The position numbers and the translations under genes were made by a program. A stretch of DNA of 64,000 nt, from NCBI GenBank assembly GCA_004555655.1, contig SFHJ01000006.1, forward strand, positions 10,095-74,094, in the 5' to 3' direction. Origin of the DNA: Clostridiales bacterium (GTDB taxonomy: Bacteria > Bacillota > Clostridia > Oscillospirales > Oscillospiraceae). Shown in pieces: positions 47,119 through 56,428 of this stretch; position 1 is the first letter of the stretch; every line of letters begins with the position of its first letter. Below the pieces are notes generated by a model. It did not search any database. It was not told where the DNA came from and saw only the letters and a list, made by a program, of their open reading frames with translations.

Positions 47119-47264
47119 GCAATCGATAAAGAAATATTGATTGACAATGTTTCCATGTCAGCAAGTGTGTTTCAAGTCACTCCAACGGCTTGTTACATAA
47201 ATCCTGTATGTGCCAGGCCACTACGACGGCGCAGCACAAAAACTAATACAAGGAGAGAACAACA

Positions 47265-48941
47265 ATGGCAGAATTCAAAACCGATATCGAGATCGCACAG
47301 GCAACAGAAATGTGGCCCATCACCAAGATCGCCGAAATGGCGGGTGTTGACGATAAGTACCTGGAGCAGTACGGCAAGTACAAGGCCAAGGTCGACTACA
47401 ACATCCTCAATGAGGTCAAGCGCCCCGACGGCAAGCTGATCCTCGTCACCGCCATCAACCCCACGCCCGCAGGCGAAGGCAAGACCACAACTACCGTTGG
47501 CCTGGCCGACGGCATGAAGAAGCTCGGCAAGAACGTGCTCGTCGCGCTGCGTGAGCCGTCTCTGGGCCCGGTCTTCGGCGTCAAGGGCGGCGCCGCCGGC
47601 GGCGGCTACGCACAGGTCGTCCCCATGGAGGACATCAACCTGCACTTCACCGGTGACTTCCACGCCATCGGCGCTGCAAACAACCTGCTTGCTGCGATGC
47701 TCGACAACCATATTTATCAGGGCAACAAGCTCGGCATCGACCCGCGCCGCATCACCTGGCGCCGCTGCGTCGATATGAACGACCGTCAGCTCCGCTTCGT
47801 CGTCGATGGTCTGGGCGGCCGTGTTAACGGTACCCCGCGTGAAGACGGCTACGACATCACCGTCGCGTCCGAGGTCATGGCTGTTCTGTGCCTGGCTTCC
47901 GACATCAATGACCTCAAGGCAAGACTCGGCCGCATCATCGTGGGCTACACCTACGACGAGAAGCCCGTCACCGCGCACGACCTGCACGCCGAGGGCGCCA
48001 TGGCCGCCCTGCTGAAGGACGCGCTGAAGCCCAACCTGGTCCAGACGCTTGAGCATACGCCGGCGTTTGTCCATGGCGGCCCGTTCGCCAACATCGCCCA
48101 CGGCTGCAACTCCGTCACCGCGACGAAGATTGCCCGCCGCCTGGCCGACTACACCATCACCGAGGCCGGCTTCGGCGCTGACCTGGGCGCTGAGAAATTC
48201 CTCGACATCAAGTGCCGTATGGCGGGCCTGAAGCCCGACTGCGTGGTCATCGTTGCCACCGCCCGCGCGCTCAAGTACAACGGCGGCGTGCCCAAGGCCG
48301 AGACTTCGAACGAGAACCTCGAGGCGCTGAAGAAGGGCCTGCCGAACCTGCTGAAGCACGTCAGCAATATCACCAATGTCTACAAGCTCCCGTGCGTCGT
48401 CGCCATCAACCGTTTCCCGTTCGACACCGAGGCTGAGCTGAACCTTATCCGCGACGAATGCAAGAAGCTGGGCGTCAACGTGGCTCTGTCCGAGGTCTGG
48501 GGCAAGGGCGGCGAAGGCGGCATCGAGCTGGCCAAGGAAGTCGTCCGTCTGTGCGATCAGCCCAACGACTTCACGTTCTCCTATGATCTTGACATGTCGA
48601 TCAAGGAGAAGATCGAAGCCATCGTCACCAAGATCTACGGCGGCAAGGACGTCAACTTCACGGCCAATGCTGAGAAGCAGATCAAGCAGCTGACCGATCT
48701 GGGCTACGACAAGATGCCCATCTGCATGGCCAAGACGCAGTACTCGCTGTCCGACGATCCCACCAAGCTGGGCGCACCCGAGGGCTTCACCGTCACCGTC
48801 CGCAACATCAAGGTCTCTGCCGGCGCTGGCTTCCTGGTCGCGCTGACCGGCGAGATCATGACCATGCCGGGCCTGCCCAAGGTTCCCGCCGCCGAGCGCA
48901 TCGATGTCGACGAGACCGGCAAGATCTCCGGCCTGTTTTAA
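47265..48941 (+). CDS. fhs: Formate-tetrahydrofolate ligase
   Basis: [58 protein letters not shown]. Confidence 0.98.
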   Translation: MAEFKTDIEIAQATEMWPITKIAEMAGVDDKYLEQYGKYKAKVDYNILNEVKRPDGKLILVTAINPTPAGEGKTTTTVGLADGMKKLGKNVLVALREPSLGPVFGVKGGAAGGGYAQVVPMEDINLHFTGDFHAIGAANNLLAAMLDNHIYQGNKLGIDPRRITWRRCVDMNDRQLRFVVDGLGGRVNGTPREDGYDITVASEVMAVLCLASDINDLKARLGRIIVGYTYDEKPVTAHDLHAEGAMAALLKDALKPNLVQTLEHTPAFVHGGPFANIAHGCNSVTATKIARRLADYTITEAGFGADLGAEKFLDIKCRMAGLKPDCVVIVATARALKYNGGVPKAETSNENLEALKKGLPNLLKHVSNITNVYKLPCVVAINRFPFDTEAELNLIRDECKKLGVNVALSEVWGKGGEGGIELAKEVVRLCDQPNDFTFSYDLDMSIKEKIEAIVTKIYGGKDVNFTANAEKQIKQLTDLGYDKMPICMAKTQYSLSDDPTKLGAPEGFTVTVRNIKVSAGAGFLVALTGEIMTMPGLPKVPAAERIDVDETGKISGLF

Positions 48942-48944
48942 TTG

Positions 48945-49105
48945 GAATCTGATTCATCACCCTGCGGCAGTTGCCTGACCGGTTCTTTTTCCGCCATCGC
49001 GCGGGAAACCGGCTTGAAATACACAAAGTATTCCTGCGCCGATTTCTCTTCGCTGGCGAAAAAATCATCCGGTCATGCGACCGCCTCGCGTGATTCATCA
49101 GATTC
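48945..49105. mobile_element. 161-bp imperfect palindromic (REP/MITE-like) element
   Basis: Ends GAATCTGA / TCAGATTC; paired arms TGACCGG/CCGGTCA and TTTTTCCGCCA/TGGCGAAAAAA; central AATAC-acaaa-GTATT at the exact midpoint (49025). Confidence 0.6.
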
Positions 49106-49120
49106 AGATAATATCATCTA

Positions 49121-49154
49121 CAAAAAAAGAGCCAGTGAAAACCGGCTCTTTTTT
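49121..49154. terminator. Terminator between fhs and fchA
   Basis: AAAAAAAGAGCC..GGCTCTTTTTT. Confidence 0.7.
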
Positions 49155-49172
49155 ATAGCAAAGGAGTTACAT

Positions 49173-49793
49173 ATGGACTATACGATGAAATCCTGCCGTG
49201 AGTTTGTCACGGTTCTGGCCTCGTCCGAGCCTGCGCCCGGCGGCGGCGGTGCGTCCGCGCTGGTCGCGGCTATCGGCACTGCGCTGGGCAACATGGTGGG
49301 CTCGCTCACCGTGGGTAAGAAGAAATATGCCGATGTGGAAGCGGAGATCGTGGCTCTGAAGGAAAAGTGCGATAAGCTCCAGACCGAGCTTCTCGATCAG
49401 GTGCCTGCCGACGCTGAGGGGTTTGTCCCGCTGGCTAAGGCTTACGGCATCCCCAAGGACGATCCCACGCGCGAAGAAGTACTGGAAGCCGCGACCATTA
49501 CGGCCTGCCAGGTGCCGATGCGCATCATGGAGCTGTGCTGTGAGTCGCTTGACGCCATCTCCGTCTTTGCTGCCAAGGGTTCGCGTCTGGCTGTGTCCGA
49601 CGCCGGCTGCGGCGCGACGATCGTGAAAGCTGCGCTGCAGGCAGCTTCGCTGAATGTCTTTATCAACACCAAGACGCTGCGCAACCGCGAACTGGCCGAG
49701 GAAATGAACGCGAAGTGCCTCGGTATGCTCGATCAGTACGGCAAAATGGCCGACGAGATCTTTGAGACCGTCAAGGCCGGTTTCTTCAAATAA
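49173..49793 (+). CDS. fchA: Methenyl-THF cyclohydrolase (FchA/cyclodeaminase family)
   Basis: LASSEPAPGGGGASA, SDAG, LNVFIN; RBS AAGGAG before ATG 49173. Confidence 0.9.
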   Translation: MDYTMKSCREFVTVLASSEPAPGGGGASALVAAIGTALGNMVGSLTVGKKKYADVEAEIVALKEKCDKLQTELLDQVPADAEGFVPLAKAYGIPKDDPTREEVLEAATITACQVPMRIMELCCESLDAISVFAAKGSRLAVSDAGCGATIVKAALQAASLNVFINTKTLRNRELAEEMNAKCLGMLDQYGKMADEIFETVKAGFFK

Positions 49794-49805
49794 GGAGGCA
49801 GAACT

Positions 49806-50675
49806 ATGGCAAAACAGTTACTGGGTAAAGAAGTTACTGCTGCGATGAACGAAAAGCTGCAGGCTCGCGTCGCGGCGCTGAAGGAAAAAGGCGTAAGCCC
49901 CCGGCTCGCCATCGTCCGCTGCGGTGAAAATCCGTCCGATTTGTCCTATGAAAAGGGCGCGACGGCGCGTGCTGAGCTCATTGGCGTCGAGGTCGTAAAG
50001 TTCGTCCTGCCCGAGGACGTGACCAAGCAGGCGCTCATCGACCAGATCGAAGCCATCAACGCAGATAGCTCCATCCACGGCTGCCTTCTGTTCCGGCCGC
50101 TGCCCAAGCACCTCAAGGCTGACCAGGACGAGATCTGCAACCATCTCGCCGCTGCCAAGGACGTCGACTGCATGACTGACCTGTCCAACGCCGGCGTGTT
50201 TACCGGCAAAAAGCTGGGCTTCGCGCCATGCACGCCGCAGGCCTGCATGGAGATCCTGGATTTCTACGGCATTGACTGCAAGGGCAAGAATGCCGTCGTC
50301 ATCGGCCGTTCGCTCGTTGTCGGCAAGCCTGCCGCGATGATGCTCATGGCCAAGAACGCCACCGTTACCGTCTGCCATACCAAGACCCGTGATGTGGCAG
50401 CCGTGGCAAGACAGGCCGACATTCTCGTTTCCGCCGCAGGCGTGCTGAACAGCCTGACGAAGGATTATGTCAGCCCCGGCCAGATCGTCATCGACGTGTC
50501 CATCAACTGGGACCCGGCGAAGAAGGAAGGCAAGGGCGGCATCGCAGGCGACGCGAAGTTTGACGAGGTCGAGCCGATCGTCGGCGCGATCACGCCCGTG
50601 CCCGGCGGCGTGGGCTCCGTCACGACCTCTGTGCTGATCGGCCATGTGGTCGAGGCGGCCGAAAGAACGCTCTAA
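49806..50675 (+). CDS. folD: Methylene-THF dehydrogenase/cyclohydrolase
   Basis: KDVDC, PCTPQA, IGRSLVVGKP, TPVPGGVGSVT. Confidence 0.93.
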   Translation: MAKQLLGKEVTAAMNEKLQARVAALKEKGVSPRLAIVRCGENPSDLSYEKGATARAELIGVEVVKFVLPEDVTKQALIDQIEAINADSSIHGCLLFRPLPKHLKADQDEICNHLAAAKDVDCMTDLSNAGVFTGKKLGFAPCTPQACMEILDFYGIDCKGKNAVVIGRSLVVGKPAAMMLMAKNATVTVCHTKTRDVAAVARQADILVSAAGVLNSLTKDYVSPGQIVIDVSINWDPAKKEGKGGIAGDAKFDEVEPIVGAITPVPGGVGSVTTSVLIGHVVEAAERTL

Positions 50676-50746
50676 AGTATCCATACATGCCGCCGGTTTG
50701 TACCGGCGGCATTTTGCCTCTTTGATGATGTTAGGAGGAGATTTTC

Positions 50747-52081
50747 ATGAAACTCAAACAGAGGCTGCAGTCGCCGGATGCGATGCTCCGTGCGCTGTTC
50801 GCCCTTTTTACGCTGGCCTGTCTGGCCGCAGCGGTCATTATGCCCGACCGGGGCGGTATGCTCTCCGGGCTGGGCCGCATCTGCACGCAGTCGGGCCAGA
50901 CGGTCAAAAGCTATTTTGATGTGTCCTACGGCGGCTTTGCCGGGACGTTTTTGAATGTGGCGCTGGTGTGCCTGGTCTGCCTCGGCGTCTACTGTCTGCC
51001 GGGCGCCAAGCCCGACGGTGTGTCCGCGCTGGCATTTTTCCTGACGGCGGGCTTCTGCTTCTGGGGTACCACGATTCTCAACATCTGGTTCTCATTCGCG
51101 GGCGTGGCGCTGTACTGTCTGGTGAAGAAGAAGAGCCCCGGCTCGCAGGCGAACGCATTTTTGTTCTCCACGGGTCTTGCGCCGCTCATTACCGAGATGC
51201 TCTTCCGCTATCCCGCGGCAGACTGGCATGGCTTTACGGTGCTGGGCGTTGTTCTGGCGCTGGCGGTGGGCGTGTTTATCGGCTTTTTCCTGCCTGCGGG
51301 TCTGCCGCACAGCCCCAAGATGCACAAGGGCTACGACCTGTATTCTGCGGCCGTGCCCATTGGTCTGACGGCGTTTTTCCTGCGCGCGCTTCTGTATAAG
51401 GTGTTTTTGCCCGAGCCGCCCGCGAGCGTGGGCGTGGGTCTGACGGACAGCTTCTGGGCCGTGTGCAACGTGTTCTGCTTCATCGTCTTTGGCCTTGCGG
51501 TTCTGGGCGGACTTTGGCTGGACGGCGGCAAGCAGTATCTGCCGCTCATCAAAGATTCGGGCTACAACGCCGACTACGGCGCGAAGTACGGCTCCGGCAG
51601 CACGCTGCTCAACTTTGGCGTCTACGGCCTTTTCATCGTGCTGTATTATAATCTCATCGGTGCGAACTGGAACGCCGCGACGCTTGGCTGCGTGTTCTGC
51701 ATGGTCTGCTGCTTCATGAAGGGCAGCCATCCGGGCAACGTCTGGCCGATTATGGCGGGATATGTGATTGCCAGCTTTATCGCTAAATTTGTCTGCGGCC
51801 TCATCGGCGTGGACTTTACGCTGGCCATTAACGCGCAGGCGATCGTCATCGGTCTCTGCTTTGCAAACGGCCTGTCGCCCGTGGCGGGCAGCTACGGCTG
51901 GCTGATTGGCATTGTGGCTGGCATGATGCACTACACGCTCGTCACCTGCGTGCCGCTGCTGCACGGCGCGTTCTGCCTGTATAACGGCGGCTTCACGGCG
52001 GCGTTCACCTGCTTCATGCTCATCCCCGTGCTGGAGCACTTCTGCCATACGAAGCAGGAGCGCAAGCAGCTGAAGGCGTAG
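50747..52081 (+). CDS. DUF1576-type multi-pass membrane protein
   Basis: 12 or more TM segments; DY..G....F.N, F.TGLAP, HKGYDLY, internally repeated H....LYN.GF. Confidence 0.7.
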   Translation: MKLKQRLQSPDAMLRALFALFTLACLAAAVIMPDRGGMLSGLGRICTQSGQTVKSYFDVSYGGFAGTFLNVALVCLVCLGVYCLPGAKPDGVSALAFFLTAGFCFWGTTILNIWFSFAGVALYCLVKKKSPGSQANAFLFSTGLAPLITEMLFRYPAADWHGFTVLGVVLALAVGVFIGFFLPAGLPHSPKMHKGYDLYSAAVPIGLTAFFLRALLYKVFLPEPPASVGVGLTDSFWAVCNVFCFIVFGLAVLGGLWLDGGKQYLPLIKDSGYNADYGAKYGSGSTLLNFGVYGLFIVLYYNLIGANWNAATLGCVFCMVCCFMKGSHPGNVWPIMAGYVIASFIAKFVCGLIGVDFTLAINAQAIVIGLCFANGLSPVAGSYGWLIGIVAGMMHYTLVTCVPLLHGAFCLYNGGFTAAFTCFMLIPVLEHFCHTKQERKQLKA

Positions 52082-52096
52082 GAAAAGGTGCGCGCC

Positions 52097-52435
52097 ATGT
52101 ATTACTGTCCGGATTGCCGCCTTGCCAATGAAACCGGCTGCTGCCGCGCGTGCGGCAGGCGTGGCCTGCGCGAAGCGCGCCGCGGCGATTTTTGCTATCT
52201 CACAACGCAGACCGCGCCCTGGACACAGATGCTGCAGGAGGTGCTGGAGAATAACGGCGTCGTCAGCACGCAGTGGCTGGTGCCAGGGGCATGGGCGGCG
52301 GCGTATTTTGGAAGCTCGCCGCAGAACAGGACGGAGTTTTTCGTGCCGTATGAAAAGCTGGCCGGGGCGCAGCTGCTGGTAGAGGAGCTGTTTGACGCCG
52401 AAGCGGCCCGGGAGCAAGCAGAACCGGAGGAATAA
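52097..52435 (+). CDS. Small Zn-ribbon hypothetical protein (DUF2007-like C-terminus)
   Basis: CPDC...CRAC; MLQEVLENNG...FFVP......A..LVEELF; start could be GTG 52088. Confidence 0.65.
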   Translation: MYYCPDCRLANETGCCRACGRRGLREARRGDFCYLTTQTAPWTQMLQEVLENNGVVSTQWLVPGAWAAAYFGSSPQNRTEFFVPYEKLAGAQLLVEELFDAEAAREQAEPEE

Positions 52436-52461
52436 AACGCGCCGCCAGCTGCAGCCTGTCC

Positions 52462-52500
52462 AAAAAAGCATCCGTATGGCTCACCATACGGATGCTTTTT
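52462..52500. terminator. Bidirectional terminator
   Basis: AAAAAAGCATCCGTATGG-ctca-CCATACGGATGCTTTTT. Confidence 0.85.
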
Positions 52501-52626
52501 CTGCCCCTTTTAACTGGACAGCATCGGGCGATCTGGCAAGTCCGGCAGCAATTCAGCGGGAAATGGGATATGACTGCAGGCAGCACAGATGCTTCTGCGC
52601 TGTATTCAGATCCGCCGTCATGGCGA

Positions 52627-54066
52627 TCAATGCCTCACAGCCATGTTCCGGTCCATATCCGTCCGCCCGTCTGTTCCGATCTGTTTCGCTGCGTCCGCCG
52701 GAGCCGCTTCGCTGTGGGGGCTTTCTGTTTTCTCCAGCTCGGCCAGCATGCTCCGGTAGAATTCCACGCTGATTTTGTATTTCTTGCGGTAGATGACATA
52801 GCCCGCGATGATGAACAGCAGCGGAATCACGAACATCGCCAGCTTCACGATCAGCTTGCCACCGGAGCCGATGACGTCTGCGGTCTGTTCGCCGGTCTTG
52901 ATGCCGGAGAGCATCAGCGTCAGGCTGATAAAGCCCGTTGAGAGCGCGCCGCCGATTTTGTTGACGAGCGGCTGGATGGAGAATGTGACGGACTCGTTGC
53001 GCTTTTTCAGCTTCCACTGGCCGTACTCCACCGTGTCGGCCAAAAACATCAGCATCAGCGTCTGGATAAACGCCTGCCCGATGAAGACCAGCACCGCAGC
53101 CAGAACGATGAGCACGAGCGAGAACTCGGCAAAGAAAAATACGACATAGCCCGCAACAACAAGCCCCGTGGCGAGCGTGTAGAGCCGCCGGCGGTTAAAA
53201 TGCCGCGCCACGGCGGGATAGACGGCCAGCGCAGCCAGCTGCGTCACGCCCACGACCGCGACCAGAACCGCGTACAGGCCCTGATCGCCAAAGACGTATT
53301 TCATGTAGTAGATGGCGAAGCCAGTGGTGGTGCAGTAGCCCACCATGAAAAGGCCCATGGCAAGCGTTGTCCACATGAGCTGGTCGTTGCCCGCCAGCGC
53401 GCGCCACATCTGCTTCAGCGTCGTGGCTTCCTGCTGTTCGGGCGCGGCCCGCTTTTCCTTCACGCCCAGAAGCGGGAACAGAAGGCCCAGAAGATAGACC
53501 GCCGCAATGACGGCCGCGCAGCAGAACCACACCTTCGGTGTGTTGCCCAGCGCCGAGGTCACGGGCTCCCACGCGACCATGACGATGTACATGCCGACGT
53601 TTGCGCAGATGCGCGCGAACGCGCCGCAGCGCTCACGCTGCGCCTGGTCCTGCGTCATGGCGGGCAGAAGCGTCCAGTAACCGATGTCGTTCACACCAAA
53701 CGTGATGTCCCACAGCAGATACGAAACGGCGAACACCACGATAAAGCCCCAGCCACGGCCGATATTGCCGAAGAGCATCAGGAAAAAGACGGTGCTCAGT
53801 ACGCCGCCGGCCAGAATCGCCGGCTTGAACTTGCCCCACGGCGAGCGGATGTTGTCGATGACGAGGCCCGTGATGGGGTCGTTCAGCGCGTCAAGGATGC
53901 GCAGCACCGACAGCGTCATGCTGACCGCCGCAAAGACCCACAGCGGCAGACTCAGCACGTCCGACAGAAAGTACAAGATGGTGTTGGCCTCGAAGGAATA
54001 GAACATATCCCGGCCGATGGTGCCGAGGCCGAAAAAGACGCGGTTGCGTTCGTTTTGCGATTTCAT
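52627..54066 (-). CDS. Glycoside-pentoside-hexuronide (MelB-like) cation symporter
   Basis: DALNDPITGLVIDN..S.WGKFKP; ADTVEYGQWK...R.E; 12 TM segments. Confidence 0.92.
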   Translation of the reverse strand: MKSQNERNRVFFGLGTIGRDMFYSFEANTILYFLSDVLSLPLWVFAAVSMTLSVLRILDALNDPITGLVIDNIRSPWGKFKPAILAGGVLSTVFFLMLFGNIGRGWGFIVVFAVSYLLWDITFGVNDIGYWTLLPAMTQDQAQRERCGAFARICANVGMYIVMVAWEPVTSALGNTPKVWFCCAAVIAAVYLLGLLFPLLGVKEKRAAPEQQEATTLKQMWRALAGNDQLMWTTLAMGLFMVGYCTTTGFAIYYMKYVFGDQGLYAVLVAVVGVTQLAALAVYPAVARHFNRRRLYTLATGLVVAGYVVFFFAEFSLVLIVLAAVLVFIGQAFIQTLMLMFLADTVEYGQWKLKKRNESVTFSIQPLVNKIGGALSTGFISLTLMLSGIKTGEQTADVIGSGGKLIVKLAMFVIPLLFIIAGYVIYRKKYKISVEFYRSMLAELEKTESPHSEAAPADAAKQIGTDGRTDMDRNMAVRH

Positions 54067-56312
54067 CCGGGTTCCTCCTCAATGATGTACAGATTTGAGC
54101 CAAAGTCCGCCTGCGTGCGCTGGGCCTTGTCATAGCCCGTGCCGCGGAACATGGGCGCGAGCAGGATGCCCGAGACGAGCGCCGCGCCCGAGACATGGTA
54201 TTCCTCCTGCGCGTCGGGAAGCAAGAAATGCCGGTCGGCCGTGCGCAGCACAACGCCGTTCGGGTCGAGCGGCACGGGCGCGACGTGCTTCACCAGCGCG
54301 CCGAATTGCCCGATGCGAAGCGCCTGTGCCCGCGTGCGCACCGCGTAGCGTCCGGATTTGTTCGGCCCAACAAGCCGCAGCCGTTCATATCCCGGCGCGG
54401 CGCCGGCAAGCGTGTGGAACACGCCTGCGGCAAAGTTGCCGTCCAGGCTGACCTGCCAGCCGTTTTCCAGACGGCGGAACCGGCCGAACTGGAACAGGGC
54501 CCGGTGCTGCTTATAAAACGCAATCTGCGCGGCGATCTCCTGCTGCTCCACGGGCAGAAGCTGCCGCAGATCCAGCTCGTAGCCGAGACAGCCAAAGAAC
54601 GCCACGTTTGCCCGCGTGGCAAGCGGCGTCTGGCGCAGCGTCTGTGCGTGCGGCGCGGCTGAGACGTGCGCGCCGAATGTGGACTGCGGGTACAAATAAG
54701 ACAGCCCGCCCTGAATGCTGAGCCGCGCAATGGGGTCGGTGTTGTCTGAGCACCAGATCTGCGGCGAGAAGCAGAGCATGCCGGGATCGAAGCGGTTGCC
54801 GCCCGACGAGCAGCTTTCAAGCAAGATCTCGGGCCGCGGGCCGAAGATGCGGCGCAGCACGTCGTAAAGACCAAGAATATACGCGTGCGCCTTCGCGCCC
54901 TGCGCCACCGAGTGCCGGTTCATGTCCCATTTGACGTAGCGGATGTTCGCGGAATCCAGAATGTGCGAGACGTTTTCAACAATGTAGTCGCGTACTGCGG
55001 GCTTTGTCAAATCGAGCAGCAGCTGATGCCTGCCCAGCACGGGCGGGAAACCGTCTGTCAGCGCCCAATCGGGGTGGGCGCGGTAGAGTGCGGAATTTTC
55101 GTTCACCGACTCCGGCTCAAACCACAGGCCAAACGCCAAACCCAGTTCGCTGATCTTCTGTGACAGGCCCGTAAGGCCCTGCGGCAGCTTCTTCCGGTTC
55201 ACCGTATAGTCGCCCAGACCAGCCGTGTCGCCGTCGCGGCCCGCGAACCACCCATCGTCAAGGACGAACAGCTCGCAGCCGAGCTTTTTTGCGCGTCTGG
55301 CGAGGTCGAGCAGGCGCGCTTGCGTAAAATCAAACATGCACCCCTCCCAGCTGTTATACACCACGGGCCGCGCACGCCCGCGCCAGTATGGCGGGATGAT
55401 GTGCCCGCTGATGAAGCGGTGCATCTGGTCGGACAGGCCGTTCAATCCCTCGCCGCTGTAGCACAGCACGGCCTCGGGCGTTTCAAACGTTTCGCCCGGC
55501 GTGAGTGTGAGCGAAAAATTGGCGGGGGAGATGCCCTGCATCACGCGCGTGAGGTTTTGCAGCGAGCGCTGCGCCGCGGCGTAGTGGTTGCCCGAGTAGA
55601 CAAGGTTGCAGCCGTATACGCGGCCTGCGTCTTCTGTCGCGCCGGGCTCGGAGAGCAAAAAGCCCGGATTATGCCGGTTGGAGGAAAAGCCCGTGAGACT
55701 CTCGTTTACCACGCGGCTGCGCGAAACGGGCACGGTGTGGCGCGCGGCCTCGGTGATCCAGCCGCCGTCGAAGGTGCTCATCTCAAACTCGCCCGGCACA
55801 TCCATGCAGAAGCTCATCAGCTTGTGGAGCGTGATGGGCGCATTGCCCGTGTTTTTCAAGACGGTTCGGCGCGTGATGGCCGTGTCAAACAGCGCAAAAT
55901 AGAGCGTCAGCTCGGCTCCGGGCTGCGCCATCGTGACCTGCAGTGTCGCCTCCGCACCGCGCGCCTGCGGCAGGCCGCACGTCATCAACGCGTCGCCATG
56001 CAGCACGCGTGTGTCTGTGACCCGGAAGTCCGTGGCCGAGCCAAGCTCGAGCGGGCTTTCGCGCAGATCACCGCGTCCGCTGCCTGACCACGCAAGCGCC
56101 AGCACGTCCGGACAGCTGGCCGTGTCGCTGTCATCCAGAAGCAGGCTCCCGCCCCAGCCGAGTCCCGGCCGGCACGCGAGCGCAGCGCCGTCGGCCGTCT
56201 CGACCGGCGCGCCGAAATGCGCCTGCTCGAGCAGGCCCCATTGGTTCACACGCAGCAGACACGACAGCGCGCCGTTTTTCAGATGCAGCCACCCGCCGTC
56301 TATTGTAATCAT
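54063..56312 (-). CDS. GH36 alpha-galactosidase
   Basis: YNSWEG, FVLDDGWF, FGLWFEPE, YVKWDMNR, CSSGGNRFD, SDNTD; RBS GAGGTG. Confidence 0.95.
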   Translation of the reverse strand: MITIDGGWLHLKNGALSCLLRVNQWGLLEQAHFGAPVETADGAALACRPGLGWGGSLLLDDSDTASCPDVLALAWSGSGRGDLRESPLELGSATDFRVTDTRVLHGDALMTCGLPQARGAEATLQVTMAQPGAELTLYFALFDTAITRRTVLKNTGNAPITLHKLMSFCMDVPGEFEMSTFDGGWITEAARHTVPVSRSRVVNESLTGFSSNRHNPGFLLSEPGATEDAGRVYGCNLVYSGNHYAAAQRSLQNLTRVMQGISPANFSLTLTPGETFETPEAVLCYSGEGLNGLSDQMHRFISGHIIPPYWRGRARPVVYNSWEGCMFDFTQARLLDLARRAKKLGCELFVLDDGWFAGRDGDTAGLGDYTVNRKKLPQGLTGLSQKISELGLAFGLWFEPESVNENSALYRAHPDWALTDGFPPVLGRHQLLLDLTKPAVRDYIVENVSHILDSANIRYVKWDMNRHSVAQGAKAHAYILGLYDVLRRIFGPRPEILLESCSSGGNRFDPGMLCFSPQIWCSDNTDPIARLSIQGGLSYLYPQSTFGAHVSAAPHAQTLRQTPLATRANVAFFGCLGYELDLRQLLPVEQQEIAAQIAFYKQHRALFQFGRFRRLENGWQVSLDGNFAAGVFHTLAGAAPGYERLRLVGPNKSGRYAVRTRAQALRIGQFGALVKHVAPVPLDPNGVVLRTADRHFLLPDAQEEYHVSGAALVSGILLAPMFRGTGYDKAQRTQADFGSNLYIIEEEPG

Positions 56313-56428
56313 ACGCTCACCTCTGGTTTCTATTGTATCTGCCGGAATTTTCCGTGTCAATGAAATTTGGGATGACGCGGGCGCACGGACGTGGTAAAAT
56401 GAAAAAAAGACGCAAAGGAGCCGGTGGT

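Noticed and set aside
47119..47264. ZMP/ZTP or THF riboswitch upstream of fhs
   Set aside because: Conserved cores (e.g. GACUGGCG...CGCCUGGG) are not visible; not called as ncRNA.
47265..49793. fhs, the intergenic region and fchA share one frame broken by a single TAA (possible read-through fusion)
   Set aside because: TAA is a poor read-through codon, a terminator lies between the genes, and fchA has its own RBS and ATG; probably chance.
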